Assembly: GCA_003561815.1 (NCBI GenBank)
Contig: PWVP01000132.1
Location: forward strand, 1-36,283
Reading direction: 5' to 3'
DNA length: 36,283 nt
Origin: Campylobacterota bacterium
GTDB lineage: Bacteria; Campylobacterota; Campylobacteria; Campylobacterales; SZUA-545
In this document: positions 9,280-17,959 of the stretch, one piece after another
How positions within the stretch are numbered: position 1 is the first letter of the stretch
How the letters are laid out: each line of letters opens with the position of its first letter
The notes under the pieces: model-generated
What the model saw: only the letters and a program-made list of their open reading frames with translations
Told to the model about the DNA's origin: nothing
Databases searched by the model: none
Position numbers and translations under genes: made by a program

Positions 9280-9391
9280 GATCCTTGGCTCCCTTTTGCT
9301 AGAGATAATACAGTAGCTGTGCTTAGAGGTAGCACGCTTTAGCCCCGATCGGCTAGGATCGGAGCACTTAAATCCGCAAAAAGTGCACACC

Positions 9392-10171
9392 ATGAGCGAA
9401 ACAACTCCCCCCTCAAACCCGCTGGCTAAGCGGATCATCCCCTGCCTGGATGTCCACGCCGGGCGCGTGGTCAAAGGGGTCAATTTCGTCGATCTGATCG
9501 ACGCGGGCGATCCGGTGGAGATAGCCCGCCGCTACAACGAAGAGGGGGCCGATGAGATCACCTTTCTCGACATCACCGCCAGCCACGAAGAGCGCGATCT
9601 CATCGCCGATGTGCTGGGTCGTGTGGCCAAAGAGGTCTTTATCCCGCTCACCGTCGGCGGCGGCATCCGCACACTGGGCGATATCCAGAAGCTGCTCGGC
9701 GTCGGCTGTGACAAGATCAGCATCAACTCCCACGCGGTCAAACATCCTGACTTTATCACCGATGCGGCCAAACGGTTTGGCAGCTCCACCATGGTGGTCG
9801 CCATCGATGTCAAACGCACCGGCGAGGGGTGGCATGTCTACATCAACGGCGGCCGGGTCGATACCGGGCTGGATGCGCTGGAGTGGGCCAAAGAGGTGGC
9901 CGATCGGGGCGCGGGCGAAATTCTGCTGACCAGCATGGATACCGACGGGGTGAAAAACGGTTACGATCTCGAGATTACCCGCCGTATCTGCGAAGCGGTG
10001 CCGATCCCGGTGATCGCCAGCGGTGGCGCGGGCACGATGGCGCACATCAAAGAGGCGTTTGACGCCGGAGCCGATGCGGCACTCGCCGCTTCGATCTTTC
10101 ACTTTCGAGAGATCGCCATCACCGATCTAAAACACTACCTGGCCCAGAACCGTATCGAGGTGCGACAGTGA
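9392..10171 (+). CDS. hisF: imidazole glycerol phosphate synthase cyclase subunit HisF
   Basis: RIIPCLDV...GRVVKGVNF at the N-terminus, [10 protein letters not shown], and SGGAG near the C-terminus. The length is typical for HisF. Confidence 0.93.
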   Translation: MSETTPPSNPLAKRIIPCLDVHAGRVVKGVNFVDLIDAGDPVEIARRYNEEGADEITFLDITASHEERDLIADVLGRVAKEVFIPLTVGGGIRTLGDIQKLLGVGCDKISINSHAVKHPDFITDAAKRFGSSTMVVAIDVKRTGEGWHVYINGGRVDTGLDALEWAKEVADRGAGEILLTSMDTDGVKNGYDLEITRRICEAVPIPVIASGGAGTMAHIKEAFDAGADAALAASIFHFREIAITDLKHYLAQNRIEVRQ

Positions 10172-10728
10172 TCCTCTGTGCCGGCGAGATGGAGCGTTTT
10201 GAGTTTGCGCTGCCGATCGGCATTGGGCTGATCGAGGCAGCTCTCAACCTCTCACGGCTCTGTCTTTTTAACCCCCCGGAGTACCTGCTGTTTGTCGGTA
10301 CGGCGGGAAGCTACGGAGATATACCGATCGGTACTATTATCACAAGCACGGGTGCCTCTCAAGTAGAATCTTCGTTTGTCGAAAAAAAGAGCTACTCTCC
10401 TATTGATAATGCAATTTCGATCACCGATGGACTGCTGCCACACCAACACACGGTCAATAGCAGCAACTACATCACCGCCGATGCCGCGCTCGCCGATCGT
10501 TTCCGCAAACTGGGGCTGGGGGCGGAGAGCATGGAGTTCTTCTCGGTGATGGCGGCCGCTCGCCACTTTCAGATCCCTGCAGCGGGGATCTTCTACATCA
10601 CCAACTACTGCTTCGAAGCGGCCCATGATCAGTTCATCGCCCACCACCCCGAAGCGATCGCCACTCTGGATGCGCTGGTGCGAAAAGAGCTGGGCCACCT
10701 CATCACACAAGGTGATTCGCGTGGTTAA
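10168..10728 (+). CDS. short nucleoside phosphorylase-fold (PNP_UDP_1-like) protein
   Basis: 186 aa with FVGTAGSYG and AESMEFFSV segments that resemble the phosphorylase/nucleosidase fold. GTG start overlaps the hisF stop (GTGA). Assigned by motif resemblance only. Confidence 0.5.
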   Translation: MILCAGEMERFEFALPIGIGLIEAALNLSRLCLFNPPEYLLFVGTAGSYGDIPIGTIITSTGASQVESSFVEKKSYSPIDNAISITDGLLPHQHTVNSSNYITADAALADRFRKLGLGAESMEFFSVMAAARHFQIPAAGIFYITNYCFEAAHDQFIAHHPEAIATLDALVRKELGHLITQGDSRG

Positions 10729-11797
10729 AAGAGAGGCGCTTGATTTTTTCGATCTCACCTTAGAGGAGCTGGAGCAGATTCTCACCCCCCGCTTTCGGGC
10801 CCGCCAACTCTATCAGTGGGTCTATCAGCGCTACACCGACGATATGAGCGAGGTCACGGTGCTGCCCAAAACGCTTCGCAGCGAGCTGGCCGAGCAGCTG
10901 CGCTTCGACACCCTCACCATCGTCGATAAGGCGATCAGCCAGGATGGAAGCGAAAAGTATCTGATGCGGCTGCAAGATGGCCACACGATTGAGGCGGTGC
11001 TTTTAAAGATGAAGCCACAGAAGCACCACGACGATGGGGGGATCGCGCAAGAGGCGCGCTACACCCTCTGCCTCTCAACACAGGTGGGGTGCAAGGTGGG
11101 GTGCGCCTTCTGCCTAACCGCCAAGGGGGGCTTTGTCCGCAACCTCACCGCCGGCGAGATTGTGGCGCAGGTGTGGCAGATCAAGCGGGATCATCAGCTT
11201 CCCGCCCACCGGGGGATCAATCTGGTCTATATGGGGATGGGCGAACCGCTGGATAACCTGGAGAACCTCACGAAAGCGATCGCTATCCTCACCACCGAAG
11301 AGGGGCTAGCGATCTCTGCTAAGCGACAAACCATCTCTACCAGTGGCATATCCAGCCGTATTGACAAGCTCGGTGCGCTCAATCTCGGTGTCCATCTGGC
11401 CATCTCCCTGCACGCGGTGGATAACGAGACGCGCCAGCAGCTTATCCCGATGAACAGAGCCTATCCGATCGAGTCGGTGATCGAAGCGGTGAAACGGTTC
11501 CCCTACGACACGCGTAAACGGGTGATGTTTGAGTATCTGATGATTAAGGATCTCAACGACTCCCCCCAGGCGGCTAAACGGTTGGTCACGCTGCTAGAGG
11601 GGATCAAATCCAAGGTCAACCTTATCTACTTCAACCCCTACCCCGGCACCCCTTTTAAGCGGCCCGATCGCGCACGGATGGAGGCGTTTCGCGATGCGCT
11701 CCACTCCCGCGGCATCACTTGTACCATTCGCGAATCCAAAGGGCTGGATATCGAAGCGGCGTGCGGACAGCTGCGAGAAAAAGCGGCCAAAGGGTAG
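10712..11797 (+). CDS. rlmN: 23S rRNA/tRNA (adenine-C2)-methyltransferase RlmN (radical SAM)
   Basis: Radical SAM CxxxCxxC (GCKVGCAFC), FRARQLYQWVY N-terminal motif, and a conserved C-terminal Cys in AACGQL. Start is GTG 10712 or 10721; the track start at 10625 lies inside the upstream gene. Confidence 0.88.
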   Translation: MIRVVKREALDFFDLTLEELEQILTPRFRARQLYQWVYQRYTDDMSEVTVLPKTLRSELAEQLRFDTLTIVDKAISQDGSEKYLMRLQDGHTIEAVLLKMKPQKHHDDGGIAQEARYTLCLSTQVGCKVGCAFCLTAKGGFVRNLTAGEIVAQVWQIKRDHQLPAHRGINLVYMGMGEPLDNLENLTKAIAILTTEEGLAISAKRQTISTSGISSRIDKLGALNLGVHLAISLHAVDNETRQQLIPMNRAYPIESVIEAVKRFPYDTRKRVMFEYLMIKDLNDSPQAAKRLVTLLEGIKSKVNLIYFNPYPGTPFKRPDRARMEAFRDALHSRGITCTIRESKGLDIEAACGQLREKAAKG

Positions 11798-11841
11798 CTG
11801 TTTCATGTGGAACATCCCCCTCTGTAGCCGTAAAGAAGCGG

Positions 11842-11850
11842 TGCTATAAT
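11842..11850 (+). promoter_or_regulatory. extended -10 promoter element upstream of galU
   Basis: Perfect TGcTATAAT at 11842-11850, 32 nt before the galU GTG. AGGAGG RBS at 11872-11877. Confidence 0.5.
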
Positions 11851-11882
11851 AGAGTAGAGAGTACAGACAACAGGAGGTCTTT

Positions 11883-12710
11883 GTGATACAGAAATGTCTT
11901 TTTCCCGCAGCCGGGTACGGAACCCGCTTTCTGCCCGCCACCAAGGCGATGCCTAAGGAGATGCTGCCGGTTGGCACCAAGCCGCTGATCCAGTACGGCG
12001 TCGAGGAGGCGATGGAGGCGGGGATGCGAAATATGGCCTTCGTCACCGGGCGGGGCAAACGCGCACTGGAGGATCACTTCGATCTCAACTACGAACTCGA
12101 GCACCAGATTCAGGGCAGCAGCAAAGAGAAGCTGCTAGAGGAGATCCGCCACCTGATTGAGAGCTGCAGCTTCTCCTACACCCGCCAGAACGAGATGAAG
12201 GGGTTGGGCCATGCGATCCTCACCGGCTACCCCCTCATCGGCAACGAGCCCTTCGGTGTGGTGCTGGCCGATGACCTCTGCTACAACGAAGAGGAGGGGG
12301 TGCTCTCCCAGATGGCGAAGCTCTATGAGAAGCACCAGTGCAGCATCGTAGCGGTGATGGAGGTGGACCCCGATCAGGTGCACAAGTACGGTGTCGTCGC
12401 AGGTGAGGAGATCGAGCCGGGGCTGGTGCGGGTAAGCAACATGGTGGAGAAGCCCACCAAAGAGCAGGCCCCCTCCAATCTGGCGGTGATTGGCCGCTAT
12501 ATCCTCACACCGGGGATCTTTGAGATTCTACGCAGCACCGAGCCGGGCTTTAACGGCGAAATCCAGCTAACCGATGCGATTCTTGCCCAGGCCAGAAGCG
12601 GCAAGGTGCTCGCCTACCGCTTCAAAGGGGAGCGGTACGACTGCGGCAGCATCGAGGGGTTCGTCAAGGCGACCACCGAGTTCTATGCACGGATCACCGA
12701 TGCAGATTGA
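11883..12710 (+). CDS. galU: UTP--glucose-1-phosphate uridylyltransferase GalU
   Basis: N-terminal signature FPAAGYGTRFLPATKAMPKEMLPV, VEKP motif, 275 aa. Confidence 0.93.
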   Translation: MIQKCLFPAAGYGTRFLPATKAMPKEMLPVGTKPLIQYGVEEAMEAGMRNMAFVTGRGKRALEDHFDLNYELEHQIQGSSKEKLLEEIRHLIESCSFSYTRQNEMKGLGHAILTGYPLIGNEPFGVVLADDLCYNEEEGVLSQMAKLYEKHQCSIVAVMEVDPDQVHKYGVVAGEEIEPGLVRVSNMVEKPTKEQAPSNLAVIGRYILTPGIFEILRSTEPGFNGEIQLTDAILAQARSGKVLAYRFKGERYDCGSIEGFVKATTEFYARITDAD

Positions 12711-13701
12711 GCTCAAAAGCCCCTTTGATGCCCACCTCCATCTACGCGATGGGGCGATGCTAGAGACCACCGTACCGGCGAGTGCCGAGCAGTTTGCCGG
12801 TGCCATCGTCATGCCCAATCTCCAGCCGCCGCTCACCGATCGCCACACGATCGACTCCTACCGAGCGCGCATAGAGGCGATTGGCGGCGAGTCGTTTGCG
12901 CCGGCGATGACCCTCTTTCTCACCCCAAGCCACACCCCGGCGGACATTGAGGCGCTCAAGGGGGTGATAAGCGCGGTGAAGCTCTCCCCCGCCGGCTCCA
13001 CCACCCACTCGGAGAAGGGGCTGCACGATCTGGTGAACAACCACAGCTTTATGGCGGTGCTTGAAGCGATGGAGGCGATGGATCTGCCCCTCTGTGTCCA
13101 CGGTGAGACCGGCGACTTCGTGCTGGATCGCGAAGCGGCGTTTGCCCCCACCTACCGCGCACTGGCCCGGAGGTTTCCGAAGCTGCGTATCGTGATGGAG
13201 CACCTGGGCAGCCGTGCGCTTCTGCCGCTGCTGGATGAGCAGCCCAACCTCTACGCCACCGTCACCCTACACCATCTGCTGCTCGATCTAGACGCCCTGC
13301 TTGGTGGGATGCTGCGACCGGAGTGTTTCTGCAAGCCGGTGATCAAAACCCCCGCCGATCGTGAGGCGCTCCAAAAGGTGGTGCTGGATGCCCACCCTAA
13401 GATCTTTTTTGGAAGTGACTCAGCCCCCCACCCTCAGGCGGATAAGGCCCGAGGGGCGGCGGGCATCTTCAGCGCACCGGTGGTGCTGCCCGCTCTGGCT
13501 GGCTTCTTTGAGCAGCACGATGCGCTCGATCGGATGCAACCCTTTCTCTCCGATCGGGCGCGCGACTTTTATCGTCTCGATCTGCCCGATAGAACCGTGC
13601 GGCTCAAAAAGGATCCGTGGCGGGTGCCGGTCTCCTATGGTGGTGTGACGCCCCTCTTTAGTGGCGAACGGCTTATCTGGCGGGTCGTCGACGGTGCGTA
13701 A
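12700..13701 (+). CDS. pyrC: dihydroorotase (homodimeric/class II type)
   Basis: DAHLHLRDG metal-binding motif at the N-terminus, later FFGSDSAPH, ~333 aa. ATG 12700 overlaps the galU end by 11 nt; the track start at 12574 is an out-of-frame read-through of galU. Confidence 0.88.
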   Translation: MQIELKSPFDAHLHLRDGAMLETTVPASAEQFAGAIVMPNLQPPLTDRHTIDSYRARIEAIGGESFAPAMTLFLTPSHTPADIEALKGVISAVKLSPAGSTTHSEKGLHDLVNNHSFMAVLEAMEAMDLPLCVHGETGDFVLDREAAFAPTYRALARRFPKLRIVMEHLGSRALLPLLDEQPNLYATVTLHHLLLDLDALLGGMLRPECFCKPVIKTPADREALQKVVLDAHPKIFFGSDSAPHPQADKARGAAGIFSAPVVLPALAGFFEQHDALDRMQPFLSDRARDFYRLDLPDRTVRLKKDPWRVPVSYGGVTPLFSGERLIWRVVDGA

Positions 13702-14356
13702 GCTGCTGCTTTTAGAGGATGACACCCTCTTTGCGCAAACCCTGGAGGACTTTCTCTGCGAAGAGGGGTACGAGGTCACCGTTACCCACGATGGGGTGCT
13801 CGCCCACGCGCTGGCCACCGAAGAGCGCTTCGATCTGCTGCTGCTGGATATCAATGTCCCGCGCCTGAGCGGACTGGAGCTGCTCAAAAAGCTCCGTCAG
13901 GCCCAGCACGATCGCCCCGCCCTCTTTATCACCTCCTATCAGCAGCGCCAGATGCTTAAAGAGGCTTTTAGCGCCGGTGGCGATGACTACCTGACCAAGC
14001 CGGTCGATCTTGAAGAGCTCAAACTCCGTGTCCACGCCCTTTTGCGCCGCAGCCACACCCTGCCCGATCGAATCAGCCTAAACGACTCTCTCTGGTTCGA
14101 TCCGGTGCGCTATCAGCTCTTTGAGAACGATCAGGAGGTGACGCTTCCTAAAAAGTGTGCCGAGCTGCTAGGGCTGCTGGTGGCCCATCAGGGCAAAACC
14201 GTCACCACCGCCATGATCGAAGAGACGCTCTATGACTACACAGAGGTGCCAAGCAGCGGTGCGATCCGGGTCTATATCAATCAGATCAAAAAGCTCTTGG
14301 GCGCTCAGCGGATCACCAATCTCCGCGGTGTAGGTTACCGGCTTGAAAAAGAGTGA
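13694..14356 (+). CDS. OmpR/PhoB-family response regulator
   Basis: Receiver domain (LLLEDD, phospho-acceptor in LLLLDINVP, conserved T/S in FITS, LTKP) plus a winged-helix C-terminus (RGVGYRL). GTG 13694 overlaps the pyrC stop by 8 nt. Confidence 0.9.
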   Translation: MRKLLLLEDDTLFAQTLEDFLCEEGYEVTVTHDGVLAHALATEERFDLLLLDINVPRLSGLELLKKLRQAQHDRPALFITSYQQRQMLKEAFSAGGDDYLTKPVDLEELKLRVHALLRRSHTLPDRISLNDSLWFDPVRYQLFENDQEVTLPKKCAELLGLLVAHQGKTVTTAMIEETLYDYTEVPSSGAIRVYINQIKKLLGAQRITNLRGVGYRLEKE

Positions 14357-15215
14357 TTACGAGCTAACGCTCACCACCACCCTGCTCTATCTGGCCACCT
14401 TTGTGCTGCTCAATCTCTTTATGCTCTCCATCCTCACGGTGGTCGGCTTCTCTTTTGAGAATCTGGTCAAGGTGATGGGGGTTGCCGCTCTGCCTGCGGC
14501 CTTTTTTGGCTACCTGATCGCACGACACGGCCTGCTGGAGCACTTCAACACCAACTCCCTGCTCAAACGGCTGCTGCGAAACACCCTCCATGAGATCCGC
14601 ATCCCGATCGCCACCATCCGGGCCAACGCACAGATGCTTCAGCGCGGTGCGGATAGCCGGGGACTCAAGCGGCTTGAGCGCATCGATCAGGCGACACGGA
14701 ACCTCGAAGGGCTCTACGAGGAGCTGGAGTACTTTATCTCGCGGGAGATTCAGCGCATCCAAAAAAGCCCGGTGGAGCTTAGTGCGCTGATAGAGGATCG
14801 GCTCGGCTTTCTCTGCGAGCGGCTAGAGGGGTGTCGCGTCCAGAGCGATCTGGAGCCCACCTGGATCGAAGCGGATGAGATGGCGATGGCGCGGGTTCTG
14901 GATAACCTGATCGATAACGCCATCAAATACAGCCCCGCCGATCGCTGCGAAATCACCCTCACCCTCCAAGAAGGCCAGCTGGGCATCGCCGATCGGGGCG
15001 AGGGGATTAGCGCAGAGACCCTGAGCCGCATCTTTGAGCGCTACTATCAGGACAACCCCCACCGATCGGGCTACGGTATCGGGCTGGATATCGTCAAATC
15101 CGCCTGCGATGCCCACCGCATCGGACTGCGGGTGGACTCGAGCCCCCAGAGGGGCACCACCTTCTGGCTGGATCTAACACGCATCGTGATTGAGAAGCCC
15201 CAGCTCCAGCAGTAA
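14343..15215 (+). CDS. sensor histidine kinase (two TM helices, minimal external loop)
   Basis: H-box LHEIRIPIATI, N-box DNLIDNAIKYS, G1 DRGEGI, G2 GYGIGL. Two N-terminal TM segments are separated by only a few residues. TTG start overlaps the regulator stop by 14 nt. Confidence 0.88.
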   Translation: MKKSDYELTLTTTLLYLATFVLLNLFMLSILTVVGFSFENLVKVMGVAALPAAFFGYLIARHGLLEHFNTNSLLKRLLRNTLHEIRIPIATIRANAQMLQRGADSRGLKRLERIDQATRNLEGLYEELEYFISREIQRIQKSPVELSALIEDRLGFLCERLEGCRVQSDLEPTWIEADEMAMARVLDNLIDNAIKYSPADRCEITLTLQEGQLGIADRGEGISAETLSRIFERYYQDNPHRSGYGIGLDIVKSACDAHRIGLRVDSSPQRGTTFWLDLTRIVIEKPQLQQ

Positions 15216-15707
15216 CGGCAACTCCTCTTCGCGGCGATCGATATAGAGCAGCGCACTGCAGCGCGCTTCCTCTTTCGCGATATAGACCTTAAAGCTTGTG
15301 AGCGCCTCGGTGATTAGGAGGTGGTGCGTCTGCGTCAAGCGCCCGCTGGGAATCGGCAGGGTGATCGCCTCTGCTGACTCCAGGCGCATAAGGGTCTGCT
15401 CGGGCTTTCGCACCAGATAGACCACCTCTGCCTTCGGGCGACCATAAAGGGAGTGGCGCGTGCCGTGCAGATAGAGCTGATCGTACTCCCGTCCGGAGAG
15501 CACCGAGACCCTTTGGGCCTGAAGCAGGTCGGCCACCAGCAGATCGAGTACCTTCTGGCGGCTCTGCTGCGCCTCATTGGCCCGCTGCATCGTATCGGCG
15601 GCACTGCGCAGCACCGACTCGCCCTGACTGATGAAGAAGACCATCAGCGAGATGAGCAGAACACTGATCATCAGCTCCAGCAGCGTAAAACCCCGGCGAC
15701 GCGCCAT
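15174..15707 (-). CDS. prepilin-type N-terminal methylation domain protein (minor pseudopilin, possibly GspJ-like)
   Basis: MARRRG|FTLLELMISVLLISL: G at -1, F at +1, E at +5, then a hydrophobic helix. I do not recognise the remainder. Confidence 0.7.
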   Translation of the reverse strand: MARRRGFTLLELMISVLLISLMVFFISQGESVLRSAADTMQRANEAQQSRQKVLDLLVADLLQAQRVSVLSGREYDQLYLHGTRHSLYGRPKAEVVYLVRKPEQTLMRLESAEAITLPIPSGRLTQTHHLLITEALTSFKVYIAKEEARCSALLYIDRREEELPLLLELGLLNHDAC

Positions 15708-16927
15708 TACGCCCCGATGTTCATGCTAAAGATCGGCAGCAGCATCGCCGTGACGATAAAGCCCACTACCCCGCCGACAAGCAGCATCATCACCGGCTCC
15801 AGCAGCGAGAGCATCACGGCGATACGATCGCGGTTCTCCTCAAAGTAGAGATTGGAGAGGTTGGCCAGTATCTGCTCAAGCTCGCTGGTCTCCTCACCCA
15901 GAGCGATCGCCTGAATAAACGCCGCATCCAAAGAGCCGTCACTCTGCTGCAGTGCTACAGAGAAGCGCCCCCCCTCCACCACGCGATCGGCCGCTTTTAA
16001 GAAGCGATCGCTTAGCACCCGATTGCTCTGAACCGCCGCTGCCAATCGAATCGTCTGGACGAAGGGAACCCCCGATCGCATCAGCACAGAGCCCATATAG
16101 GCAAAGCGGGCCAGCTCCGTCGTCATCACAATCCGCCCGATAAGCGGTAGTGCCAGCACCAGCCGGTGCACCCCATAGAGGTAGCCGCGGCTCAAACGCA
16201 TCAGCAGCGCATGGGTAAAGAGCAGGGCCGCGATCGCTGCCACAACCGCCGTCCACCACTTCTGCATAAACTCGCTCACGCCGATCACAAACTGCGTAAT
16301 CGGGGGTAGCTCCTGGCCGAGCTGCTCAAACATCCCCGTAATCTGGGGCACCACCACCGTCACCATAAAGATCACCATCAAAAACGAGACCACAATAATA
16401 AAGGCGGGGTAGAAAAGGGCGTTTTTCGCCTGCTTTTTGATGCTGGCAAGCTCTTTGATAAAGCGGGAGAGCTCATCGAGCACCTCATCGAGCATCCCGC
16501 CATCTTCGGAGATACGAATCGATTGGCGGTAAAAGGGGGGGATCTCATAGACACTCTGAAGCTCCAGCGCCTGAGAGAAGCTTTTGCCCTCATCGAGCAG
16601 CGTGGCCACGGCGGTAAAGAAGCCTGAGAGCTTGCGCTCCTTCTCATACTGGCTCGCCGCGAGACGGATGGCGTTGACGATGGAGATTCCCGATTTGAGA
16701 TAGATGGCCAGATCGCGACTGATGCGGCTTAAGAGCTGCGGATCCATCTGGCTTCTGCGCCGCTTGCCCAGACGGGCCAGCAGCGGCTCAGAAGCGGGCT
16801 TGAGGGACTCAAAGAGCAGCCCTCGCGCCTGGAGCTTGGCCGCCGCTTCGCCTCTATCGGTCGCCTCAATCACCCCCTTTTGTCGCCCACCGGTGCGATC
16901 GAGAGCGCGGTAACGAAACAGCATCAC
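15707..16927 (-). CDS. gspF: type II secretion system F-family inner-membrane platform protein
   Basis: ~405 aa with two T2SSF-type repeats and three TM regions, flanked by pseudopilin genes. Start is GTG 16927 or ATG 16924, just after GAGGAGGAG. Confidence 0.88.
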   Translation of the reverse strand: MMLFRYRALDRTGGRQKGVIEATDRGEAAAKLQARGLLFESLKPASEPLLARLGKRRRSQMDPQLLSRISRDLAIYLKSGISIVNAIRLAASQYEKERKLSGFFTAVATLLDEGKSFSQALELQSVYEIPPFYRQSIRISEDGGMLDEVLDELSRFIKELASIKKQAKNALFYPAFIIVVSFLMVIFMVTVVVPQITGMFEQLGQELPPITQFVIGVSEFMQKWWTAVVAAIAALLFTHALLMRLSRGYLYGVHRLVLALPLIGRIVMTTELARFAYMGSVLMRSGVPFVQTIRLAAAVQSNRVLSDRFLKAADRVVEGGRFSVALQQSDGSLDAAFIQAIALGEETSELEQILANLSNLYFEENRDRIAVMLSLLEPVMMLLVGGVVGFIVTAMLLPIFSMNIGA

Positions 16928-17454
16928 TCCTCCTCGTGAAAATAGCGGGATCGGTCACTCGGGAGGTTTCGGCCAGGCTCTATCCGCTCCCACGCCTCAT
17001 CCAGCGAGCTATACCGCCGCATCGGCTGCAGAAGTGGCGGATAGTGGTAGAAGCGATTCTCATACTCAAAGAGAGTCTCGCTCACCGCTTGGTTTTCAAA
17101 CCGCTCCATCACAAAACAGGGGCCATCAAGCGTGCGCGTCGCCTGGGGGCTGCCCTCCTGCAAAACCGCATACACCACCGGCGGACTCTCAAAGATCCGC
17201 ATCGGCTCACCGATCGGCTCACCCCAGCGGTTCTCCAGCCTGCACGCCTCGCAGCGCTGCCCGGTGCAGACCAGTCGAAGATAGCCCGGCTCCTCCACGC
17301 CACGCAGGGCGCGATCGAGGCGATCGGGGGCAAAGCGCATCGCCTCTTTGGCCGCCGCTTCAGGCTGTCGTACCAGCGTGGCGGCCAGCGCATAGATGAT
17401 GCCGATAATCACCAGCACCACGATCAGCTCTATCAGCGTAAAGCCGGCCCTCAA
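16924..17454 (-). CDS. prepilin-type N-terminal methylation domain protein (unclassified, Cys-rich pseudopilin)
   Basis: (M)RAG|FTLIELIVVLVIIGII prepilin motif with E+5. TTG start overlaps the gspG stop (TTGA). The globular part contains CTGQRCEAC plus a fourth Cys. Confidence 0.65.
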   Translation of the reverse strand: MRAGFTLIELIVVLVIIGIIYALAATLVRQPEAAAKEAMRFAPDRLDRALRGVEEPGYLRLVCTGQRCEACRLENRWGEPIGEPMRIFESPPVVYAVLQEGSPQATRTLDGPCFVMERFENQAVSETLFEYENRFYHYPPLLQPMRRYSSLDEAWERIEPGRNLPSDRSRYFHEEE

Positions 17455-17885
17455 TCACACTCACTCAGATAGAGATCCCGATCGTGGCCGCTTCCCCCCT
17501 CCTGGCCATCCGCCCCTAAGGAGACAATCTCGAAACTGCCGTTTTCGCGGATGTAGATGTAGGGGTTGTTCCAAGGGTCGCGCAGTGCGCCCGAACCGCT
17601 CAGGTAGCCGCCGGGCAGATAGCCGGTGTAGCGCTCCGGATCGGGGTTGGTGCGCAGCGCATCGAGCCCCTCTTCGGTGCTGGGGTAGCGGCCATTATCC
17701 ATCCGAAAGGACTCCAGCGCCTGGGCCAGGGATTTCATCTGCACGCAGGCTAAACGCGCCTTGGCCTGTTCGCTCTGGCCAAGCACATTGGGCATCACCA
17801 GTGCCGCCAGCAGCCCCAGAATAATAATCACCACCATCAGCTCTATCAGTGAAAAGCCCCCCCGGGCTCTTTGGCGCTTCTGCAT
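17451..17885 (-). CDS. gspG: type II secretion major pseudopilin GspG
   Basis: GG|FSLIELMVVIIILGLLAALVMPN prepilin motif, then GspG-type core: QAKARLACVQMKSLAQALESFRMDNGRYPSTEEGLDAL, DPWNNPYIY, SLGADGQEGG. Confidence 0.9.
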   Translation of the reverse strand: MQKRQRARGGFSLIELMVVIIILGLLAALVMPNVLGQSEQAKARLACVQMKSLAQALESFRMDNGRYPSTEEGLDALRTNPDPERYTGYLPGGYLSGSGALRDPWNNPYIYIRENGSFEIVSLGADGQEGGSGHDRDLYLSECD

Positions 17886-17896
17886 TCTCTATTTCC

Positions 17897-17927
17897 TTGA
17901 GCGTTTATTATTTCCCGATTGTATAAT
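17897..17927 (+). promoter_or_regulatory. possible sigma70-type promoter for proC
   Basis: TATAAT at 17922-17927 and TTGAGC at 17897-17902, with a long 19-nt spacer. ATG 17960 has an AAAGGGG RBS. Confidence 0.3.
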
Positions 17928-17959
17928 ACCCTCACCTAGCCAAGTTTTAAAGGGGTGTT

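Noticed and set aside
9304-9356. Possible attenuator or leader structure upstream of hisF (small hairpins at 9319-9335 and 9340-9355) and an AT-rich divergent promoter core, agagataatacag.
   Set aside because: The stems are only 5 bp, there is no His-rich leader peptide and no U-tract, and the -10 candidates are weak. The evidence is insufficient.
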